A DNA stretch of 64,000 bases from Planctomycetota bacterium (GTDB taxonomy: Bacteria > Planctomycetota > UBA1135 > UBA2386). The number at the start of each line of letters is the position of its first letter. The first letter of the stretch is position 1. This document shows, piece by piece, positions 38,582 to 47,504 of this stretch. The notes below the pieces were generated by a model, which worked only from the letters and a program-made list of their open reading frames with translations, searched no databases and was not told where the DNA came from. The DNA is taken from positions 8,066 through 72,065 of the forward strand of contig JACRLW010000103.1 in NCBI GenBank assembly GCA_016235155.1, read 5' to 3'. Position numbers and translations under genes: made by a program.

Positions 38582-39418
38582 GTGGCCAAGGAATCCCATC
38601 CGCGCCGCGTGCGCAGCGCTTGCGTGCAGTTCGACGTCCGGCGTGGCGAGGTGGAACAGAACCTCGCCGCCGTCGAGTCGCTGCTGCGCGAGGCGGCCGC
38701 CGGCGGGGCACGCATCGCCGTGCTCCCCGAGATGTGGACCTGCTCGTTCGTACCCGAGCGCGACGACGCCGTCCTGCGCGCGTCGTCACGGGCCGAGGTG
38801 CGGCTGCTCGAACTCTCCGCCGAGCTGGGATTGATGGTCGTCGGCTCCGCGCCCCATGTCGACGCGGGCCAGGTCTTCAACCGCGCCCAGTTGATCGACG
38901 CCGGCCGCGTGCTCGGCGAGTACCGCAAGATCCATCTGTTCTCGCCGATCGGCGAGCACCGGTGCCACGTCGCCGGTTGCGACCCGCTGGTCGTCGACAC
39001 GCGCTTCGGACGGGTGGCGGTCGCGATCTGCTACGACATCCGCTTCCCCGAGCTCGTCCGCTACTACTTCCACCGGCAGGCCGACATCCTGCTCGTGCCC
39101 GCGCAGTGGCCGGAGGCGCGTTCCGACCATTGGCGCTGTCTCGTCAAGGCGCGCGCGATCGAGAACCAGTTGTTCGTCGTCGGCTGCAACCGCATCGGCG
39201 TCGAAGCGTCGAACCGGGGCGACGAACAGCTCGTGTTCCCCGGCGACAGCCGCGTCGTCGATCCGATGGGCGCGGTCATCGCGTCGGGCGCCGGCGAGGC
39301 CGCGCCGATCTTCGCGGACCTCGAACTGCGGCGCGTGCGGATGATGCGCCGGATCCTCCCGATCGCGAAGGATCGGCGACCCGAGGTCTACGTGAGGATC
39401 TGGAAGAACGTCTGGTGA
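38582..39418 (+). CDS. carbon-nitrogen hydrolase (nitrilase superfamily)
   Basis: The catalytic triad context is LPEMW (Glu), YRKIHLF (Lys) and AICYDIRFPE (Cys). Confidence 0.85.
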   Translation: MAKESHPRRVRSACVQFDVRRGEVEQNLAAVESLLREAAAGGARIAVLPEMWTCSFVPERDDAVLRASSRAEVRLLELSAELGLMVVGSAPHVDAGQVFNRAQLIDAGRVLGEYRKIHLFSPIGEHRCHVAGCDPLVVDTRFGRVAVAICYDIRFPELVRYYFHRQADILLVPAQWPEARSDHWRCLVKARAIENQLFVVGCNRIGVEASNRGDEQLVFPGDSRVVDPMGAVIASGAGEAAPIFADLELRRVRMMRRILPIAKDRRPEVYVRIWKNVW

Positions 39419-39448
39419 GCGGCGCCTCGCCGACCCGGCGGACGATCC

Positions 39449-40657
39449 TCACCCGAAGATCTTCAGGCGCTCCATCGCGTCGGGCCGGCGCAGCCGTTCG
39501 ATCGCCGCCTTCTGGAGTTGCCGGACGCGCTCGGCGGTGACTCCGAGATCCTGCGCGATCTGCAAGAGCGTCTCCGGTTCGCGCCCGCCGAGGCCGTAAC
39601 GGCGCATCAAGATCATCCGCTCGCGGTCGGGAAGACCGGCGAGCGCGGTGTGCAGCTCCGCGTCGAGGTCACCTTCGCGGATCGACTCGTGGATCGGTTC
39701 GAGGGACGAATCGGCCAGGGACTGCGCCAGCGACGACCCGTCGTCCTCCGTACCGATCGGTGCATCGAGGCTCACGGCGTAGCGACGGACGGCGAGGATC
39801 TCCTCGATCCGTTCGGTCGACAGTCCGAGATCCTGCGCGACATCGGCGAGATCGGGCGCGGCACCGGTTTCGTCGCGACGGCGATCCTGGGCGCGCTTGA
39901 TCTTGCGGAAGGTCTTCTGCACCCAGATCGGGATGCGCACGGTGCGCGACGCGTTGTAGAGGGTCTTGAGGATCGCCTGTTGGATCCAATACACGGCGTA
40001 GGTCTTGAAGCGCACCTCGCGCCGCCAGTCGAAGCCCTCGATCGCCTGGAACAACGACGCGGCGCCCTCCTGCAGGAGATCACCCTCGTCGACGCCGAGG
40101 TCGCGATAGCGACGTACCGGCGAGAAGATCAGGTAGAGCGCTCCCTCGACGTAGAGGTTGCGGAGTCGCTCGAACTCGTCGACGCAGCGGGCCAGGTGTT
40201 CGGTCGCCGCCTGGGTCGTGCGACGAGTCGCCGCCGGCAACGCGTGCAGCGGGCGAAGCACCAGTTGATCGAGCTTGGACTCGGCGTGTCCGGCCCGCGC
40301 GAGGGCGTCGCGGACGCGCGCGCGCAGGAACTCGTAGCGCCGCGCCATCCGGAACTCCGCGGCGCGATCGAGGTGAGGAAGCGCCTTCACCTGCGCTTCG
40401 AAGAGACCGCCCCACGTCACCTGGCTCGACGCGAAGTTGGCGAGGATCGGCGAGTCGGGGATCTCGATGCGCGCCCCGCGCCCCCGAAGGTCGCGAACCG
40501 ACTTCGCGACGCGCCGATCCCACTGCTCGACGGAGACGTCCAGGAGCGCATCGACGGCCGCGAGGTCGATCACCGGCGGAGCGGCGCCTCGAGCGGTCGA
40601 CTTGCGGAGACGGAGGCCGACTGCCATGGATTCGGGAGTCCCGGTCGTGCGTTGCAT
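39449..40657 (-). CDS. sigma-70 family RNA polymerase sigma factor (RpoD-related, non-ECF)
   Basis: Region 2 reads DLLQEGAASLFQAIEGFDWRREVRFKTYAVYWIQQAI...RTVRIPIWV. Regions 3 and 4 read RERMILMRRYGL...TLLQIAQDLGVTAERVRQLQKAAIERL. The start could be ATG 40627. Confidence 0.85.
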   Translation of the reverse strand: MQRTTGTPESMAVGLRLRKSTARGAAPPVIDLAAVDALLDVSVEQWDRRVAKSVRDLRGRGARIEIPDSPILANFASSQVTWGGLFEAQVKALPHLDRAAEFRMARRYEFLRARVRDALARAGHAESKLDQLVLRPLHALPAATRRTTQAATEHLARCVDEFERLRNLYVEGALYLIFSPVRRYRDLGVDEGDLLQEGAASLFQAIEGFDWRREVRFKTYAVYWIQQAILKTLYNASRTVRIPIWVQKTFRKIKRAQDRRRDETGAAPDLADVAQDLGLSTERIEEILAVRRYAVSLDAPIGTEDDGSSLAQSLADSSLEPIHESIREGDLDAELHTALAGLPDRERMILMRRYGLGGREPETLLQIAQDLGVTAERVRQLQKAAIERLRRPDAMERLKIFG

Positions 40658-40847
40658 CCCCGGCCGGGCCGGAGACGCGGGAGAACTGTCGCCGCTGACG
40701 GCCGGTCCTGGCTAGCCCTCCTTGGGGCTTTCCGGCTCCGGAAATCCTCGGTGACGGGGCCTCTACGTAGCGGAGCGCCCGCCGGATGCGCGCCGGGATC
40801 GGCAATCACACCGATCAGGGTTTGTTTTCCCCGAGTCGGTGCTGTCC

Positions 40848-41774
40848 TCAGCGCTTGGCCCTGAGCGCGCCGATCGCGAGGACGAGCAATCCGAGCCCGA
40901 CCACTCCACCGCCGATCCACAGCAGGCCGTCGTCGCCGCCTTCGCCGTAGTCCGCCGACTCGCCGGCTCCCTCGGGGGGAGATCCCGACGGCCGAAGATC
41001 CCGGCCCACTGCCGGACGCGCGACGAGTTCGCCCGTCCCAGCGGGGCTGCCGTCGTCCGCGACGGGAGCTCCGCCCGCCTGCGGATCGACGCGAACCGCC
41101 GGCTCGAGGGTTGGGCCCCCGGACCCCGCCGCAACGGCGACCGGCCGCGGCGGGGTGGGCAGCGGCGGACCGACCACGAGCTGGGCCGTCGCCGGTCCCT
41201 GGAACTGGCCGATGTTCGCGCCGAGTCGCGGATCGGCGAGCTTTGCGATCACCGACGCGCTCAGCGGGTACTTCCCGTGCGCCGCGCCGGCGTCGACCGA
41301 CAAGGGGATGCGGACGATCGCGTAGTTCTCGAAGACCGGCTTGCCGCGGAACGCGCCCTCGCCGGTGCCGGGCTTCGGGTCGTCGATCGTCCAGGTGCCG
41401 AGCTGGGCCGGGCTCTGTGCCGGCGAGTACTTGAGTTCGAGATCGGCGGCGGTCGCGAGCACGGCGCCTTCCCGCATCACGAACGCGATGATCAGCGTCC
41501 CGGTGCCGCCCGGCGGGATGCGCGCCGGTTCGATCGACGTCACCGGCACCATGAAGCGATCGAGTCCGCCGCCGATCGGCGCCGGGCCCGGGTCGACCTT
41601 GCCCGCCAGCTCGGCCTTGCGCCGCAGCGCGTCTTCCTCGCCGTCGCCAGCGCCGCTCTCCTTGATCCGCGACGCTCCCGCGTCATCGCCCTCCTGCGCG
41701 CGGAGCGCCCGGGACGGCGCAAGCGCACAGGCGAGGAGCAACGCAACTGCGGAGAGACTGCGGCGGCAGGTCAT
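40848..41774 (-). CDS. hypothetical secreted protein with C-terminal membrane anchor
   Basis: It has a signal peptide (MTCRRSLSAVALLLACALAP), a beta-rich middle, a Pro/Gly-rich linker and a terminal TM (LLWIGGGVVGLGLLVLAIGAL-RAKR). An alternative start is ATG 41816. Confidence 0.55.
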   Translation of the reverse strand: MTCRRSLSAVALLLACALAPSRALRAQEGDDAGASRIKESGAGDGEEDALRRKAELAGKVDPGPAPIGGGLDRFMVPVTSIEPARIPPGGTGTLIIAFVMREGAVLATAADLELKYSPAQSPAQLGTWTIDDPKPGTGEGAFRGKPVFENYAIVRIPLSVDAGAAHGKYPLSASVIAKLADPRLGANIGQFQGPATAQLVVGPPLPTPPRPVAVAAGSGGPTLEPAVRVDPQAGGAPVADDGSPAGTGELVARPAVGRDLRPSGSPPEGAGESADYGEGGDDGLLWIGGGVVGLGLLVLAIGALRAKR

Positions 41775-41938
41775 GGATCTGTGGGTGCGGGCTCGAAGAG
41801 CGAGCGGGCTCGGCATATTACAGCGGCCGTCGTCGTCGTGACCGTCGCCGGTTCCGGTCGACGTGCGCCGCGGCGGCCTAGGACGCCGACCCATCCCCGA
41901 AGCTTCCGAACCTGGTCCACGATCGATTCCGATCGCCG

Positions 41939-43021
41939 ATGAGTTCCGCCCCATCGATCGAAGCGCTGACCGCCGCGCTCCGCCGCATTCCCGATCCCCA
42001 CCGTGGGGGCGACATCGTCACCAGCGGCGCCGTGCGGGAGCTCCGGATCGAGACCGGGAAGGCGCGCTTCCTCCTCGCCCTGGTCGAACCAGCCAGCGAA
42101 AAGGCGCAGGCGACGCTCGCCGCCGCCGAACGCGCCGCGATGGCGGTGCCGGGCGTCGCGGAGGTCAGCGCCCGGGTGGTGCAGGCCGCGCCCAAGGCAT
42201 CGGACGGCCTGCCGCAGAAGCAGGCGATCCCCGGCACGCGGCGCGTCGTCGCCGTCTCGTCGGGGAAGGGCGGCGTGGGGAAGTCGACGGTCTGCGTCAA
42301 CCTCGCGTGCGCGATGCAGCTCGCCGGCGACCACGTCGGCGTGCTCGACGGCGACATCTACGGCCCCGACATCCCGCTGATGCTCGGCGTGAAGGGCAAG
42401 CCGCAGGGCAGCGGCGACAAGCTCTTCCCGTTCGTCGCGCACGGCATGCAGGTGATGAGCATGGGCATGCTGGTCCCCGAGGACCAACCGATGATCTGGC
42501 GCGGCCCGATGCTCAACAAGGCCGTGCAGCAGTTCATGTTCCAGGTCGACTGGCACGACCTCGACTGGCTGTTCGTCGACATGCCGCCGGGCACCGGCGA
42601 CGTGCAGCTCACGCTGACGCAGAACACCGACATCACCGGCGCGGTCGTCGTGACGACGCCGCAGGACGTGTCGGTGCTCGACGTCAGGAAGGCCGTGCGC
42701 ATGTTCGAACGCATCGACGTGCCCGTGCTCGGCGTCGTCGAGAACATGTCCTGGTTCCAACCCCCGGGCAGCACGGAGCGCTACGAGCTCTTCGGCAGCG
42801 GCGGCGGCGAGCGCATCGCTCGCGAGTTCGGCATCCCCCTGCTCGGACAGATTCCGATCGGCATCCCGGTCCGCGAAGGCGGCGACCGCGGAGCACCGAT
42901 CACGCTCACCGATCCCGACGGTGAGATCGGAAAGGCCTTCCGCGCGGCCGCTCGACGCATGGTCGAACGCGTCCGCGAAATGGAGACTGCAAACCCATCG
43001 CGGTCGAGGCCGCAACCCTGA
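41939..43021 (+). CDS. Mrp/NBP35 (ApbC) family iron-sulfur cluster carrier ATPase
   Basis: A DUF59-like N-terminus is followed by VSSGKGGVGKSTVCVNLA, DGDIYGPDIP and FVDMPPGTGD. Confidence 0.9.
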   Translation: MSSAPSIEALTAALRRIPDPHRGGDIVTSGAVRELRIETGKARFLLALVEPASEKAQATLAAAERAAMAVPGVAEVSARVVQAAPKASDGLPQKQAIPGTRRVVAVSSGKGGVGKSTVCVNLACAMQLAGDHVGVLDGDIYGPDIPLMLGVKGKPQGSGDKLFPFVAHGMQVMSMGMLVPEDQPMIWRGPMLNKAVQQFMFQVDWHDLDWLFVDMPPGTGDVQLTLTQNTDITGAVVVTTPQDVSVLDVRKAVRMFERIDVPVLGVVENMSWFQPPGSTERYELFGSGGGERIAREFGIPLLGQIPIGIPVREGGDRGAPITLTDPDGEIGKAFRAAARRMVERVREMETANPSRSRPQP

Positions 43022-43137
43022 CGGGTCGCAGCGTCGACGCTACCGCGTCGACCAATCGGCCTCGACCGCTCTACCTGCTGGGGTTCTCCGGCCCGCGAAT
43101 CCTCGCGTGCCGCGCGGATTCGCCAGCCTACAAACCC

Positions 43138-43380
43138 ATGAACGCACCACAGAACCCGACTCCGACGACGGCCCGCAAAGACGGGCCTTTCTCCACCCAG
43201 ACGACGATGGCCGAGGTCCTGCGCCGCGACGCTTCGCTGCGCATGGTCCTGATGCGCTTCCACATCGGCGGCTGTTCCCACTGCGGCTTCGATCAGAACG
43301 ACTCGATCGAGCAGGTCGCGACCGACAACGGCGTGCCCGTCGCCGATCTGCTCGGCGCGCTCAACTCCTCCGTCCGCTGA
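43138..43380 (+). CDS. DUF1858-type small redox-disulfide domain protein
   Basis: TMAEVLRRDASLRMVLMRFHIGGCSHCGFDQNDSIEQVATDNGVPVADLL fits the hybrid-cluster-protein-associated disulfide domain pattern. Confidence 0.6.
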   Translation: MNAPQNPTPTTARKDGPFSTQTTMAEVLRRDASLRMVLMRFHIGGCSHCGFDQNDSIEQVATDNGVPVADLLGALNSSVR

Positions 43381-43483
43381 AGCAAGTCGCACGCGCGGTC
43401 CCGGCGCTTGATCGCCGGCCGCGCGTGCCCACAATTCCGCAGCTTCCAACTCCGATCAGGACTCCACCGACTTCGACACGCCG

Positions 43484-43813
43484 ATGGGAAACGTCAAGAA
43501 CCTCACCGACAGCGACTTCGACTCGACGATCAGCGGCGCCAAGCTCCCGCTTCTCATCGACTTCTCGGCGACCTGGTGCGGGCCGTGCAAGGCGCTCGCG
43601 CCGACGATCGACTCGGTCGCCGGGGACTACAAGGGTCGCCTCGAGGTCTACAAGGTCGACATCGACGAAGCCGAAGGCGCATCGACGCGCTTCGGCATCT
43701 CGAGCGTCCCGACCTGCGTGTTCCTGCGCGACGGCAAGGAAGTCGACCGGTTCATCGGCATGCTCGACGTCCGCTCGCTCAAGCAGCGCGTCGAGCGCGT
43801 GCTCGGCGGCTGA
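43484..43813 (+). CDS. trxA: thioredoxin
   Basis: The product is 109 aa with LIDFSATWCGPCKALAP and the canonical thioredoxin length and layout. Confidence 0.9.
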   Translation: MGNVKNLTDSDFDSTISGAKLPLLIDFSATWCGPCKALAPTIDSVAGDYKGRLEVYKVDIDEAEGASTRFGISSVPTCVFLRDGKEVDRFIGMLDVRSLKQRVERVLGG

Positions 43814-44183
43814 GCGCCCAGAGGATCCCAAGTGACGCCGCGACGCCCAGCGTCGCCGACCAGACCCGCGAACGACGCTCCGCGACGACGAGCGGAGCGA
43901 CCAGGTCGACTCCCGCGACGCGCGCGCGGAGCGCGAAGCCGCCGGCGGCTTCCGCGACGAAGCTCAGCGTGCCCTGGGCATCGCTCGCGCCGAGCGATCG
44001 GCGCCGTGCCTTGCCGTCGGGCGCGGACTCCACGAGGTCCACGTCGACCCCGGCCAGCGGTCGCTCGCCGGCGTCGCGCACCGTCACCTGAACGGTCTCG
44101 CCTCGCTCGGCGACGGCCGGCCGCGGCTCGAGCGACTGGGGTCCGATCGCGGACACGACGCAGGCGGCGAGGATCGCGAGCAT
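43779..44183 (-). CDS. small membrane protein with carboxypeptidase-regulatory-like beta-sandwich
   Basis: It reads MLAILAACVVSAIG...VQVTVRDAGERPLAGVDVDLVE...SDAQGTLSF..., with a C-terminal TM (ATLGVAASLGILWAL). The start shares the CATG with the divergent lipB start. Confidence 0.5.
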   Translation of the reverse strand: MLAILAACVVSAIGPQSLEPRPAVAERGETVQVTVRDAGERPLAGVDVDLVESAPDGKARRRSLGASDAQGTLSFVAEAAGGFALRARVAGVDLVAPLVVAERRSRVWSATLGVAASLGILWALSRRARARRAA

Positions 44184-44817
44184 GAGCGAGGACGGCCGGA
44201 GCGACGAAGCGCGCGATGTGACGGCGATCGCCGTCGAGGATCTCGGCCGGTGCGCCTTCGCTCCGGTCCATCGCGCGATGCTCGACCTCGCCGGGAGCAT
44301 CCGGCGCGGCGAGAGCGGCGGCAAGGTCTGGCTGGTCGAGCACGACCCGGTGCTCACCGCGGGGCGCGCGACGCAAGCGGACGAGATCACCGGCGACGTC
44401 GTGTCGATCGAGCGCGGCGGACGCGTGACCTGGCACGGCCCCGGCCAGCTCGTCGTCTACCCGATCGTGCGCCTGCCCGAGCGCGACGCCGGCGCGTGGC
44501 TGCGCGCGCTCGAGCGTTTCGGCGTCGACGTGTGCGACTCGTTCGGACTCGCCGCCGTTGCGTCCGAGGACGGCACCGGCGTGTTCGTGGGCGGCAAGAA
44601 GCTCGCTTCGATCGGCGTCGCGCTGCGGCACTGGATCAACCTGCACGGGATCGCGATCAACGTCGACGTCGCGCCCGACGCCTTCGCCGGCATCCGCCCC
44701 TGCGGCCGCTCGCCCGAACTGATGTCCGACCTCTCGCGCGCGCTCGCGCGACGCGTCACGCTCGACGAGTGCAAGGCCGCGGCGCGCAAGGCGCTGCCAC
44801 GACTGCTCGGTCGCTGA
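44182..44817 (+). CDS. lipB: octanoyltransferase (lipoate-protein ligase B)
   Basis: It contains VWLVEHDPVLTAGR, ERGGRVTWHGPGQLVVYPI and KKLASIGVALRHWINLHGIAINV. Confidence 0.9.
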   Translation: MSEDGRSDEARDVTAIAVEDLGRCAFAPVHRAMLDLAGSIRRGESGGKVWLVEHDPVLTAGRATQADEITGDVVSIERGGRVTWHGPGQLVVYPIVRLPERDAGAWLRALERFGVDVCDSFGLAAVASEDGTGVFVGGKKLASIGVALRHWINLHGIAINVDVAPDAFAGIRPCGRSPELMSDLSRALARRVTLDECKAAARKALPRLLGR

Positions 44818-44851
44818 ATCGGCCTCTCGCGCCGCTACGATCCGCCCCCTC

Positions 44852-46522
44852 ATGAGCGGCAGGATCGAGCTCGACCGCGACGGCCGGACCCTTTTGGTCA
44901 CGTTCGCCTACGACAAGTACCTCGTCGATGAGGTCAAGGCGCTGGCCGGTCGCCGCTGGGATCCGGGTCGCAAGGCCTGGACGTTCCCGATCGAGCGCGC
45001 CGAGGCCGTCATCACGTCGCTCATGCGGCACGGCTTCTACATCGACACCGACGTCACCGCCGTGCTCGCCGGCACGCAGGCCACGCCGCCGCCGGCGCCC
45101 GAGCTGAACGGCGCGAACGCCGTGGCCGAGCCGGCGCCCAAGCCGATGACCCGCGGCAAGCCGGCGCCGACCCCGGCGAGGATCACGACCGCGACGCCGT
45201 CCGGCGAGTGGCGCGTGGCCGAGCTCAACGAGCGGGTGCGCGCCGCGTTGACGCAGACCTTCCCCGAGCGGGTCAAGGTCATCGGCGAGATCAGCAACCT
45301 CGACAAGAACCGCGAGCGCAAGCACCTGTTCTTCTCGCTGGTCGAGAAGGAGCCAGGCGGCGGCAAGATCCTCGCCAACGTCGACGTCGCGCTGTTCGAG
45401 CGCACCGCCCAGCGGCTGATCCCGTCCCTCGAGCGCGCCGGGCTCACGCTGCGCGACGGCATCGAGATCCTCGTCGAGGCGAAGGTAGACCTCTATCCGC
45501 AGACCGGTCGCTATCAGCTCGTCATCGAGTACATCAAGCCCGAGTTCACGTTGGGCCAGATGGCGCTCTCGCGCGAGCAGATCCTGCGCGAGCTGCGCGC
45601 GGCGGGACTCGAGCGGCGCAACGCGGAGCTCGTGCTGCCGATCCCCGCGATGCGGATCGGCGTGCTCACGAGTCCCGACTCCGACGGTTGGAACGACTTC
45701 CTGCAGGAGATCAAGGCCTCGAAGATCGGCTTCTCGGTCGAGTTGTTCCCCGTCCGCGTGCAGGGCGAGGAACTCGAGCCGACCATGCTGCGCGGCCTGA
45801 AGTGGTTCGCGCGCCATGCCGAACGCTTCGACGTGCTCTGCATCGTGCGCGGCGGCGGTTCGCGCACCGATCTCGCGTGGTTCGACGACAAGGCGGTCGC
45901 CTTCGCCGTCGCGCAGCACCCGCTCAAGGTCCTGGTCGGCATCGGCCACGAGCGCGACCGCAGCGTGCTCGACGAGATCGCGCATCCGCTGAAGACCCCG
46001 ACCGCCGTCGCCGCGTTCCTCGTCGAGCGCTGGCACGCGACGTTCGACGAACTGCACGACGTCACGCGCCAGCTCGCCGACGCCGCGCGCAAGGTGATCG
46101 CCGTCGAGCACCAGGCCCTGGCGTCGCGCGGGCACGCGCTCCTGCGCGGGGTCCACGTGCGTTTCGCCACCGCGCGCCATGGGTTGGCGGCGACCGCCGC
46201 GCGGATCGCACGCAGCACGCAGACCCTGCTGCGCGATCACGACCGGCGCATCGCTCGTTCGACGGAGCAACTCGTCGTCCGCGGGACGAACCGCTTCGAA
46301 CGCGCGCGCGCCTGGCTCGACGCCTCGGCGACCCGCCAACGCCTCCTCGATCCGAAGCGCGTCCTGCAGCGCGGCTACGCCATGCTCCGCGACGTCAAGC
46401 GCGGCCGCGTCCTCACCGACGTCGGCAAGCTCTCGCCCGGCCTCGAGGTCGACCTCCTCCTCCGCGACGGCGAAGCGCGCGCGCGCGTCGAGTCCGTCCG
46501 CCCGAACCCGCAACCAGACTGA
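44852..46522 (+). CDS. xseA: exodeoxyribonuclease VII large subunit with an extra N-terminal HARP-like domain
   Basis: The XseA core begins near WRVAELNERVRAALTQTFP..VKVIGEISN and continues with ...IGVLTSPDSDGWNDF...VRGGGSRTDLAWFD...GIGHERDRSV. The first ~70 aa (LLVTFAYDKYLVDEVKALAGRRWDPGRKAWTFPIE) are additional. Confidence 0.85.
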   Translation: MSGRIELDRDGRTLLVTFAYDKYLVDEVKALAGRRWDPGRKAWTFPIERAEAVITSLMRHGFYIDTDVTAVLAGTQATPPPAPELNGANAVAEPAPKPMTRGKPAPTPARITTATPSGEWRVAELNERVRAALTQTFPERVKVIGEISNLDKNRERKHLFFSLVEKEPGGGKILANVDVALFERTAQRLIPSLERAGLTLRDGIEILVEAKVDLYPQTGRYQLVIEYIKPEFTLGQMALSREQILRELRAAGLERRNAELVLPIPAMRIGVLTSPDSDGWNDFLQEIKASKIGFSVELFPVRVQGEELEPTMLRGLKWFARHAERFDVLCIVRGGGSRTDLAWFDDKAVAFAVAQHPLKVLVGIGHERDRSVLDEIAHPLKTPTAVAAFLVERWHATFDELHDVTRQLADAARKVIAVEHQALASRGHALLRGVHVRFATARHGLAATAARIARSTQTLLRDHDRRIARSTEQLVVRGTNRFERARAWLDASATRQRLLDPKRVLQRGYAMLRDVKRGRVLTDVGKLSPGLEVDLLLRDGEARARVESVRPNPQPD

Positions 46523-46532
46523 TCCGATCCCC

Positions 46533-46790
46533 ATGGCCGCAGCGAAGAAGAAGCCCGAGTCGGGCAACTACACCGAAGCCGCGACGGAGCTCGAGTCCAT
46601 CCTCGACGAGATCGAGAACGGCAGCGCCGACATCGACGTGCTCGGCGAGAAGGTCGAACGCGCGGCGGCGTTGATCCGCCAGTGCCGCGAGACCCTCGCC
46701 GGGACCGAACTCCGCGTGAAGAAGGTCGTCGACGAACTCAGCGCCGCCGGCGGCGACGCGTCGGACGACGGCGACTCCGACGAGGAGTGA
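46533..46790 (+). CDS. xseB: exodeoxyribonuclease VII small subunit
   Basis: The product is 85 aa (NYTEAATELESILDEIENGSADIDVLGEKVERAAALIRQCRETLAGTELRVKKV). It lies immediately after xseA. Confidence 0.85.
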   Translation: MAAAKKKPESGNYTEAATELESILDEIENGSADIDVLGEKVERAAALIRQCRETLAGTELRVKKVVDELSAAGGDASDDGDSDEE

Positions 46791-46807
46791 TCGGCGCCGC
46801 GGCGACC

Positions 46808-47497
46808 ATGGACTACCAGCAGATCGTCCTCCTCTACGGCGTGCTCCTCGTGAGCCTCGTGGTCCACGAGGCCTCGCACGCGCTCTTCGCGCTCTGGGGC
46901 GGCGATCGCACCGCCTACGTCGGCGGCCAGGTCTCGCTCAATCCGATCCCTCACATCCAGCGCGAGCCCTTCGGCACCGTCATCCTGCCCCTGCTCGTCC
47001 TCTTCATGAGCAAGGGCACGATGATCCTCGGCTACGCGCACATCCCGGTCGACCCGGTCTGGGCAGAGCGCTATCCGAAGCGCGCGGCGCTGATGTCGGC
47101 GGCGGGACCGCTCGCGAACTTCGCGATCTGCGCGGTCGCGTTCGTCGGGTTGAAGACGCTGTGTTGGACCGGCCTCACCGACGCGTGGCCCGCGGGCAGC
47201 GGTCTTCTCGGCCCCTTCGTCACGCCCGTCGACATCACGAACGACTACGTCTACGGGGCCGCGCGGGTCGGATCGGCGTTCCTCACGCTCAACCTGCTGC
47301 TCGGGATCTTCAACCTCTTCCCCTGGCCGCCGCTCGACGGCGCGGGCGTCCTCGGCGGGCTCTCGCGCCCACTGGGCACCTTCTATGCGTTCGCGCGCAC
47401 GCAGCCGATCCTGATGCTCATCGGCATCGTCGCGGTGTGGCGCCTGATTCCGTACGCGTTCGAGCCGGTGGTGGTGCGTGTGCTGAACTGGCTGTGA
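46808..47497 (+). CDS. site-2 protease family (M50) membrane metalloprotease
   Basis: The HExxH motif sits in a TM helix (LVVHEASHALFA). The second motif is NLLLGIFNLFPWPPLDG. Confidence 0.8.
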   Translation: MDYQQIVLLYGVLLVSLVVHEASHALFALWGGDRTAYVGGQVSLNPIPHIQREPFGTVILPLLVLFMSKGTMILGYAHIPVDPVWAERYPKRAALMSAAGPLANFAICAVAFVGLKTLCWTGLTDAWPAGSGLLGPFVTPVDITNDYVYGAARVGSAFLTLNLLLGIFNLFPWPPLDGAGVLGGLSRPLGTFYAFARTQPILMLIGIVAVWRLIPYAFEPVVVRVLNWL

Positions 47498-47504
47498 CGA
47501 CCGC

